Program-made: the position numbers and the translations under genes | In this document: piece by piece, positions 57,425-64,000 of the stretch | Layout of the letters: every line of letters starts with the position of its first letter | Numbering within the stretch: the first letter of the stretch is position 1 | Notes under the pieces: generated by a model | What the model was told of the DNA's origin: nothing | Seen by the model: the letters and a program-made list of their open reading frames with translations, nothing else | The model's database searches: none | Assembly: GCA_965223325.1 (NCBI GenBank) | Contig: CBDCWI010000002.1 | Span: 3,936,001 to 4,000,000 of the forward strand | Direction: 5' to 3' | Length of the DNA stretch: 64,000 nucleotides | Source: Candidatus Multivoradales bacterium | Lineage (GTDB): Bacteria > Acidobacteriota > Thermoanaerobaculia > Multivoradales > Multivoraceae

Positions 57425-59149
57425 ATGACCGATTCCCTCATCGCGCCTCACGGCGGCGATCTCAAAGAACTCATCGCGCTACCTGAACGCCAGGCGGAGC
57501 TCAAGGAGGCGTCTCGCGAGTGGCCGTCCTGGGACCTGACGGCGCGTCAGGCGTGTGACCTGGAACTGTTGTTGTGTGGTGGCTTCTCGCCGCTCGATGG
57601 GTTCATGAACCAGGCCGACTTCAACGCGGTCTGTGACTCGATGCGCCTGGCCGACGGCACCCTGTGGCCGATGCCAATCACCCTGGATGTCACCGAAGAC
57701 GTCGCCGAGCAGCTTTCTTCTGGCTCGCAACTCGCGTTGCGCGACGACGAAGGCGTGATGGTGGCCTGTCTGAACGTCGACGACATCTGGGAGCACGACC
57801 GCGAGAAAGATGCCGAGAGCGTCTACGGTTCACTCGATCGTGCACACCCTGGTGTGGCCCACCTGTTCGAGCGCACCAACAACATTTCGGTGGGGGGCAT
57901 GCTCGAAGGTCTGCAGCTGCCGTCGCACTACGACTTTCCCAAGCTCCGCATGACGCCGGCCCGCCTGCGGCGTGAGTTCGAGCGTCTGGGCTGGCGCAAT
58001 GCGGTTGCCTTTCAGACTCGCAATCCGATGCATCGCGCGCACTACGAGCTCACCCTGCGGGCCGCACGGGACTTGGAGACCAACCTCTTGATCCATCCAG
58101 TCGTCGGCATGACAAAGCCCGGCGACCTCGACCACTACACGCGTGTTCGCTGCTACCAGCGGCTGATGGACAACTTCCCGGCCCACACCGCGATGCTCTC
58201 GCTCTTGCCCCTCGCCATGCGGATGGCAGGTCCCCGCGAGGCGGTCTGGCACGCGATCATCCGCAAGAACTACGGCGCAACGCACTTCATCGTCGGCCGT
58301 GACCATGCCGGCCCCGGCAACGATTCCAAGGGCAACCCCTTCTATGGTCCGTACGATGCCCAGGAACTCCTGAGCAAGCACGAAGAAGAGCTCGGAATCT
58401 CGATGGTGCCGTTCAAGATGATGGTCTATGTCGAACGGCGCGGCTCATATGAACCCCTCGATGAGGTCGAGGAGGGAACCCGGACCTTGTCGATCTCGGG
58501 TACCGACCTCCGACGCCGCCTGGCAGAGGGTCTCGAGATTCCCGAGTGGTTCACCTTTCCCGAAGTTGCCGAGGAGTTGCGTCGGACGCATCCGCCGCGC
58601 AGCGAACAGGGGTTCACGGTCTTCTTCACCGGATTGTCGGGTTCCGGAAAGTCAACGATCGCCAACGCCTTGATGGTCAAATTGCTCGAGGCGGGTGGGC
58701 GTCCGGTCACGCTTCTCGATGGCGATTTGGTGCGCAAGAACCTGTCCTCTGAACTGGGCTTTTCCAAAGAACACCGTGACATCAACATCCGTCGCATCGG
58801 TTGGGTGGCTTCGGAGATCACCAAGAACGGCGGCATTGCGATCTGTGCGCCGATCGCGCCTTACCGCAACGTACGGCTCGAGGTTCGCGAAGAGATTGAA
58901 CCGCTCGGTGGTTTCGCACTCGTGCACGTGGCGACTTCACTCGAAGTCTGTGAACAGCGAGATCGCAAGGGGCTCTACGCCAAGGCACGCGCCGGCATCA
59001 TCAAGGAGTTCACTGGCATCTCTGATCCCTACGAAGAGCCGGAGAACGCTGAGTTGGTCATCGACACCGCGGACTGCACTCCTGAGCAAGCCGCCCAGCA
59101 GATCATCCTGCACCTCGAGAGTGAGGGGTACATCGGAGCGCGCGCCTGA
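57425..59149 (+). CDS. sat: Bifunctional sulfate adenylyltransferase / adenylylsulfate kinase (Sat-CysC)
   Basis: PHGG, GGFSPLDGFM, AFQTRNPMHRAH, HFIVGRDHAGPG; kinase FTGLSGSGKST, LLDGD, RDRKGLY, FTGISDPYE. Confidence 0.97.
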   Translation: MTDSLIAPHGGDLKELIALPERQAELKEASREWPSWDLTARQACDLELLLCGGFSPLDGFMNQADFNAVCDSMRLADGTLWPMPITLDVTEDVAEQLSSGSQLALRDDEGVMVACLNVDDIWEHDREKDAESVYGSLDRAHPGVAHLFERTNNISVGGMLEGLQLPSHYDFPKLRMTPARLRREFERLGWRNAVAFQTRNPMHRAHYELTLRAARDLETNLLIHPVVGMTKPGDLDHYTRVRCYQRLMDNFPAHTAMLSLLPLAMRMAGPREAVWHAIIRKNYGATHFIVGRDHAGPGNDSKGNPFYGPYDAQELLSKHEEELGISMVPFKMMVYVERRGSYEPLDEVEEGTRTLSISGTDLRRRLAEGLEIPEWFTFPEVAEELRRTHPPRSEQGFTVFFTGLSGSGKSTIANALMVKLLEAGGRPVTLLDGDLVRKNLSSELGFSKEHRDINIRRIGWVASEITKNGGIAICAPIAPYRNVRLEVREEIEPLGGFALVHVATSLEVCEQRDRKGLYAKARAGIIKEFTGISDPYEEPENAELVIDTADCTPEQAAQQIILHLESEGYIGARA

Positions 59150-59193
59150 ATCGATCGACGAATCCCCTCCGCATCGCTGCCGTCGTAGGTGCG

Positions 59194-59547
59194 GTGCTGA
59201 TCGGAATCGCGTGTCTGGTGCCACTCGATGGGCTTGCCGGTAGCGGGCGCCTTGCTTCGGTGCTCGGGCGCCTGCCGGCCTGGCATTGGGACAAGGTCGC
59301 TCATGCCTTGGCCTTCGGCCTGCTTTCGGTGCTCGTCTTCCTCGCCTGGCGCGAGGGACCGATCGCCCATCGGGTGCGCGCGACGGTCGTGCTGGTCATC
59401 TCCTACTCACTGGTTCTAGAACTGCTTCAGTTCCCGTTGCCCTGGAGGTCTCTCGATTGGCGTGACGGCGTGGCGAACACCGTCGGTGTGCTGTTTTCAG
59501 TAGGATTGATGCGGGCATGGGAGCGACGACGCCGCGGTCATGGTTGA
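59194..59547 (+). CDS. VanZ-family membrane protein
   Basis: WDKVAHALAF...ELLQFPLPWR...DGVANTVG. Confidence 0.85.
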   Translation: MLIGIACLVPLDGLAGSGRLASVLGRLPAWHWDKVAHALAFGLLSVLVFLAWREGPIAHRVRATVVLVISYSLVLELLQFPLPWRSLDWRDGVANTVGVLFSVGLMRAWERRRRGHG

Positions 59548-59709
59548 GGGCTCGCTCACCAACCTCCAGAGCCTTTTCGGGGACGGGGACCGCGGCGTTC
59601 CGCTCCGCCGATCCGGCAGGGCAACGCTCGCGGCCCGTTTGCTCCGCCTGCACTCGTGATGCGCTCGTGTTCTCGATGGAAGTCGCCCGCACGGAGAGGA
59701 CGTTTTTAG

Positions 59710-61143
59710 ATGGCGAGGAAGAAGAGGGGCCGCAAGCCGGCGCGCACCGGAAAGTCCAGCCGGTCCGGTCGGCGCCGGCACCAGATGCCCGATTCGCACC
59801 GTGAAGGAGGCGGCTCCGCGATGGTGGGGCACACCGCGACCGCCGCATTGATTGCCACCGTCGTCATCCCGCCCCTGGTTCTCCTTCCGAGCCTGCACGA
59901 ACCGTTTCATTTGCCCAAGCTGCTCGCGAGCGAAGCGCTGGCGCTGGTTTCGATTGCTTTGGTTCTGTGGTCTCACCGTCGCGGGACGCTACCGGTTCCC
60001 AAGCACTGGTTCTCGGTACCCGCTGTACGCGTTGTTCTTCCGCTGTTCGTCGCTGCTCTCGTTTCTCTCCTGTTCACTGACCATCCGGCGCACACCCAGG
60101 AGGGAACCTGGTCCTTGGCTGTTGGGTGTGCTGCTCTGGTTGCCTGGGCAGTGGGGGTGCCGCGGCTGTCGCGCGTCTTCTACTTCTTGCTTCCGGTCGC
60201 GGCGCTGCTCGCGGTCGTTGGCATCCTGCAGACCTACGGGCGCGTGCCGACCTGGGGCGCGAGCGGTGGTGCGGATCGTCTCGGTGTGACCTCGCTCGCC
60301 GGAAGCGTCGGAGACTTCGCCGCCTACCTCGTTCTGCCGACTGTCCTGGCGCAATACTTCATCTGGCGAGGCTTTCTGCGCGCCGAACGTACGGCCAAAG
60401 AGCGTTGGTTGGGCGGCTTCGCTGTGATCGCTCTCGGGTGTGTCTTGTGGGCGGCCGTCGTCAGCCAGACTCTCGCTGCACTGGCCGCGCTGGCCATCGC
60501 GAGCCTCGCGCTCTGGGCCTTCCTTCTGCCGCCGCGGCGAGCCCTCTTGGTAACGGCGGTTGCCGTAACGGTCCTCGCTTCGGCCGTTCTCCTTGCCGAG
60601 CCCACCCGCGACCGCCTGATCGCCAAGACCGGTTCGGTTGCCGCCGGGCGCGTCGATCGGGTGCTTTCCGGACGTCTAGATGGCTGGAAGGCGGGCGCCT
60701 TCATGTTTTCGCAGCGGCCGGCAACGGGCGTCGGCCACGGTGCCTACGGTGCCTCGTTCGGAGGGGCCAAGCTCGGCCTGCATGAACGCGGCATCGAGCT
60801 GTACGACGGGCATCGCTTTCCCATCTTCGGCAATGCCCACAACGAGGTCATCGAAGTGGGCGCCGAGCTAGGCGTCCTTGGCCTCGGGGCTCTCGCCTGG
60901 GCGTTGTGGATCTTGCTGAAACGGGTACGCCGTCGCGTGAGGCTCGATCGGAGTGATCCGTCGAACGACGGGTATGGAGCCCTGGCCCTCGCCGGGCTTC
61001 TCGCCCTGGTCGTCTTGGGGAGCGCCTACTTTCCGTTTCGCATTGCACTGACCGCCTATCCGGCGATCCTGTTTCTGGGTTGGGTGTTGAGTCGGGATTT
61101 CCTGGACGAGGACGGCGCGACACAGGCGGAAGGTGCCCTCTGA
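59710..61143 (+). CDS. O-antigen ligase family protein (start 59710 or 59821)
   Basis: FHLPK, GILQ, SGRLDGW, GVGHGAY, NAHNEVIEVGAELGVLG, YFPF. Confidence 0.87.
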   Translation: MARKKRGRKPARTGKSSRSGRRRHQMPDSHREGGGSAMVGHTATAALIATVVIPPLVLLPSLHEPFHLPKLLASEALALVSIALVLWSHRRGTLPVPKHWFSVPAVRVVLPLFVAALVSLLFTDHPAHTQEGTWSLAVGCAALVAWAVGVPRLSRVFYFLLPVAALLAVVGILQTYGRVPTWGASGGADRLGVTSLAGSVGDFAAYLVLPTVLAQYFIWRGFLRAERTAKERWLGGFAVIALGCVLWAAVVSQTLAALAALAIASLALWAFLLPPRRALLVTAVAVTVLASAVLLAEPTRDRLIAKTGSVAAGRVDRVLSGRLDGWKAGAFMFSQRPATGVGHGAYGASFGGAKLGLHERGIELYDGHRFPIFGNAHNEVIEVGAELGVLGLGALAWALWILLKRVRRRVRLDRSDPSNDGYGALALAGLLALVVLGSAYFPFRIALTAYPAILFLGWVLSRDFLDEDGATQAEGAL

Positions 61144-61676
61144 TGGCGAGCTCATCGAAGCCAGTGGCTGAGGGCGCCCGGGAGAGCATTCCGGCACGTT
61201 GGGTGGTGCTGCCGCTTTTGGTCGTGGTGTTGCTGGCCATCGCCCACGAGTGGCAGCGTGGTCGGGCACGCCTTACGGCGAGCCGTGCTTTGTCTGGTCT
61301 CGAATCTTCGGTTGCCCGTTCGCTCGCCACCGGCGGCGCCGCCGAGGCACAGTTGCAAGCCGGGGTTCAACTGCTGCGCAAGCTCGACGAGGAGAAGCTC
61401 GACCCGTCTGAGGTCGGTATTCCGATGGCTCTGGGAAGTCACTACCTGTTGCTCGAGTCACCTGACGCCGCGATTCGCTGGTACGAGACGGCATTGGCTC
61501 TCGAGACTCGACCCGAGATCCTGATCAACCTGGCGCGTGCCCATCGAATGGCGGGCAACGAGGAGCAGGCGCTGCTCTATCTCGAGCAGGCGCAGGTGCT
61601 CGACCCGTTGCGCTATTCGGCGAGTGCTACTGACGATGGTAGAACGCGGCGACGCAAGAAGAGGTCGGGCCGTTGA
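61143..61676 (+). CDS. Small membrane-anchored TPR protein
   Basis: TGATG overlap with the ligase; TM followed by ALGSHYLL...AIRWYETAL...NLARAH...AQVLDP. Confidence 0.8.
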   Translation: MASSSKPVAEGARESIPARWVVLPLLVVVLLAIAHEWQRGRARLTASRALSGLESSVARSLATGGAAEAQLQAGVQLLRKLDEEKLDPSEVGIPMALGSHYLLLESPDAAIRWYETALALETRPEILINLARAHRMAGNEEQALLYLEQAQVLDPLRYSASATDDGRTRRRKKRSGR

Positions 61677-62203
61677 GTCTGGAAGGCAACGGCGACAACT
61701 CCGCCACTGCGACATGGTTGCAAGCCGGCGCGGTTGAAGATTGCGGCCGCCGGCTCGCTCTGCTCGAGATGGCGCAGGATCTCGGTCAGCTCGAGTTGCT
61801 GGTTCGCGGTGACTGCATGGTGCCCCTGATCGTTGAGGGTGACAGGTTGGTGGTGGAACAAGAGAAGCGGTACTGGCCGGGAGACGTCGTTGCCTTCTTT
61901 GCGCACGACGGTCGTTTTCTGGTGCATCGGGTGATCGGCTATCGGCCGGTTGGCGGTCGACTGGGAGTCGTGACCGCTGCCGACCGCGCGCCCGGATGGG
62001 ACGATCCAGTGCCGGTGGGTGGGGTGCTCGGTCGTGTCGCGTCGATCAGCCGAGACGGTGAGCCCGCTGCGCTCGAGGTGTCACTGTCGAGGCGTGTCCT
62101 GGCCGCTTCGACTTTCGTTTCGGTCGCTGTGAGCCGTACTCTGAGGCGGCTCTTTCCATCGTCGGATGCAAAGGTGGGCTCTGACATTGAGGGTCAGCGA
62201 TGA
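61673..62203 (+). CDS. S24/S26-family (signal peptidase-like) peptidase
   Basis: LVRGDCMVPLIVEGD, GDVVAF, FLVHRV, ADRAPGWD, VLGRV. Confidence 0.82.
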   Translation: MSLEGNGDNSATATWLQAGAVEDCGRRLALLEMAQDLGQLELLVRGDCMVPLIVEGDRLVVEQEKRYWPGDVVAFFAHDGRFLVHRVIGYRPVGGRLGVVTAADRAPGWDDPVPVGGVLGRVASISRDGEPAALEVSLSRRVLAASTFVSVAVSRTLRRLFPSSDAKVGSDIEGQR

Positions 62204-63147
62204 CGTTTGGTGAGCGCTTGCTGGTCAGTCCAGAGCTCTTTCCGGCCCGTGCGGCCGGGGAGCGCTGGGGAACTGAAGCGCTCTGGATCGACTTTGCGGG
62301 TGGCCCCTACTGCTTTCTGGGCCTGGCAGCGGATCAGTGCTCGGTGTTGCGCGAGCACTTCGGGGAGTTGGTCATTGGCGGCGCGCCTCCCGGGCAGGTC
62401 GATCATCTGCACGTCGATGTCTTTCGTGTCGAAGCAACAGACTGGCGCTCTTTCGACCTGGCGGGCTGGGAGTATGAAATGGATTTCGACTACTCCGAAC
62501 ACAGCGTTCGGCTGGTCGGCCTCGGTTTCATGGGGCGTCTCGAGTGGCGAAGGCCCGATACCCTTCGAGGCGCACTCTTCGTCGCCAGCAGGACCGCCGA
62601 GCCGCTGACCGGGGCCTTCGAGAACTTCTTTCGGGTCCTGGTGGCCTATCGCCTCCTGGCGCTCGGAGGGTTGCTCATCCACTCCGCCGGTGTAGTTCTA
62701 GGCGATGCGGTCCATCTGTTTCTGGGGCGCTCGGGAACTGGCAAGACGACCCTGTCCCGGCTGGCGCTCGACGCTGGGTTGTGCGTTCTCTCTGACGATG
62801 TCAATGCCGTCGTGCCTGACGAGCGGGGTCGTTTCGTGGCCGAGAAGCTCCCCTTCGCCGGCGAGCTCGGCCCCTCGGTCACCAGCAGCGATGCCTATCC
62901 GTTGGCGGGGGTCTGGCAGTTGGCGCAGGGAGAAGCACACGCCGTGCGCTCCGTCTCACCGTCACGAGCAGTGGCCAGCCTGCTGGTCTCGGCGCCGTTC
63001 ATCAACGCTGATCCTCATCGACAAGACCGACTGTTCGAGGTGGCGACCGCGATCGCTCACCAGGTTCCCAACGGCCACCTCGACTTTGCGCGCCAACCAG
63101 GCGTGTTCGCCCTCCTCAACAGTAAGAACCCGGAGCCTTCCGTATGA
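62200..63147 (+). CDS. HprK-related P-loop kinase (ScmC/PadeK-like)
   Basis: LLIHSAGV, LFLGRSGTGKTTL, VLSDD, LPFAG. Confidence 0.82.
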   Translation: MTFGERLLVSPELFPARAAGERWGTEALWIDFAGGPYCFLGLAADQCSVLREHFGELVIGGAPPGQVDHLHVDVFRVEATDWRSFDLAGWEYEMDFDYSEHSVRLVGLGFMGRLEWRRPDTLRGALFVASRTAEPLTGAFENFFRVLVAYRLLALGGLLIHSAGVVLGDAVHLFLGRSGTGKTTLSRLALDAGLCVLSDDVNAVVPDERGRFVAEKLPFAGELGPSVTSSDAYPLAGVWQLAQGEAHAVRSVSPSRAVASLLVSAPFINADPHRQDRLFEVATAIAHQVPNGHLDFARQPGVFALLNSKNPEPSV

Positions 63148-63425
63148 CCGAGATCAAGAAACTCCACCGCGCAGGCGACGTGCGCTTTCGCGCCGTCGGT
63201 GGCGAGACCGTGGTCTTGCGGCAGAACGACGCTTTGGTACTGGTCCTCAACGAAGTCGGCGGCCGCGTGCTCGAGCTTGCCGACGGTCGGACCGAAAGTG
63301 AGATCGTCGACGAATTGATTGACGAATTCGAAGTCGAGCGCGCCGAACTCGAGGCCGACGTGAGTGCGTTCGTGACCGAGTTGATTGGAGAGGGCGTTGT
63401 CGTCGCCCAGGAGTCGCTCAGCTAG
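63144..63425 (+). CDS. PqqD-family RiPP recognition element protein
   Basis: VRFRAVGGETVVL...LNEVGGRVLELADG...IVDELIDEFEV...EADVSAFVTELIGEGVV. Confidence 0.9.
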   Translation: MTEIKKLHRAGDVRFRAVGGETVVLRQNDALVLVLNEVGGRVLELADGRTESEIVDELIDEFEVERAELEADVSAFVTELIGEGVVVAQESLS

Positions 63426-64000
63426 CTAGGACTTTGAGTCGGCGGCGCGGGGTCGCGACTTTCTTCGGCCCGCTTCCGAGAGCGTGACCCTCCCTGTCGG
63501 TCGAGGGGGCGATCGGCTCGCCAGACTGAGCAGCCGCTTTGAGCTCGCCGCGCTTCTTCGCCGCGGCGTGAACTTCGAGCGGGTCGCCGGTACGACTTTC
63601 GGCTGCGCCCGGGCAGAACGACATCAGGTTCGCGTTGGGGCCAGACCTTTCGACTCTGACCAGAACTTCGCGGTTGAGATCGCGCAGGTCTCGAACCGGC
63701 TCGGCCTGCCAGATCTCGCGCAATGAGCTCTCCCTCAGGTTGCCTATGGAGCGTCGCCACTGTACACACGGGTAGACGTTGCCGAAGGGATCGATCGCCA
63801 GAGTCGAGGAGCCGGCGCCGCAGAAGCGAGTCCGCGGTGGTGGTTTCTGGGTGGACCTTGCGGGACTCTCCGTTGAGGGGCGTTGGGCCTGCTCTGCCCG
63901 CTCGCGGTCACGTGCAGCAGCGATGCGTTCGGCCTGGATCCGGAAGAGGCGTGCGACCGCCGCATCGGAGGCGCTGATGGCGAGCGGCTCGTCGTCACCA
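63418..64000 (-). CDS. Radical SAM/SPASM-domain protein, 3' part only (enters from the right edge)
   Basis: Manual translation from 63999: GDDEPLAI...RFCGAGSSTLAIDPFGNVYPCVQWRRSIGNLRESSLREIW...SFCPGAAESRTGDP...stop. The ORF track shows only the last 101 aa. Confidence 0.85.
   Translation of the reverse strand, partial: GDDEPLAISASDAAVARLFRIQAERIAAARDRERAEQAQRPSTESPARSTQKPPPRTRFCGAGSSTLAIDPFGNVYPCVQWRRSIGNLRESSLREIWQAEPVRDLRDLNREVLVRVERSGPNANLMSFCPGAAESRTGDPLEVHAAAKKRGELKAAAQSGEPIAPSTDREGHALGSGPKKVATPRRRLKVLAS

Noticed and set aside
57023-59709. Precursor peptide for the PqqD/radical SAM cassette in the intergenic gaps (57023-57424, 59548-59709)
   Set aside because: No short ORF with an RBS and a YxxP-type leader or Cys/Ser-rich core was found.

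Overview
GC-rich bacterial window. Gene content (TamB/BamA pair, wHTH-TPR regulator, CarboxypepD_reg-repeat protein) suggests Acidobacteriota, possibly Thermoanaerobaculia, but this is inference. It has four blocks. (1) 1-7389, minus strand: a 1086-aa PilZ-PilZ-LuxD-like thioesterase-SAM methyltransferase fusion, a ~6-TM double-kinase hybrid sensor, and an MMPL/RND exporter running off the left edge. Together these are a candidate undescribed c-di-GMP-gated lipid-signal synthesis, sensing and export system. (2) 7715-26290, housekeeping: zapA-6S RNA-rny-ymdB, LPS-related GT2/PagL-like/Trm112, ispA-tlyA-nadK, tamB-bamA/tamA, a wHTH-TPR/secreted-protein pair, and a ribBA whose GTP cyclohydrolase II half has lost its Zn ligands. 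It also contains a CTAG-bounded MITE and, right after ribBA, a 4 x ~310-bp structured tandem array. (3) 31977-57022: a Wzy-type exopolysaccharide locus with an embedded glutaminase-less asparagine-synthetase-like gene and an NTP_transf_5-type nucleotidyltransferase. (4) 57425-64000: sat-cysC, VanZ, O-antigen-ligase/TPR, then a RiPP-type maturation cassette (S26-fold peptidase with Cys in place of the catalytic Ser, HprK-related kinase, PqqD/RRE, convergent radical SAM/SPASM). No precursor peptide was found in the window. All family calls come from reading motifs by eye; no database searches were run.
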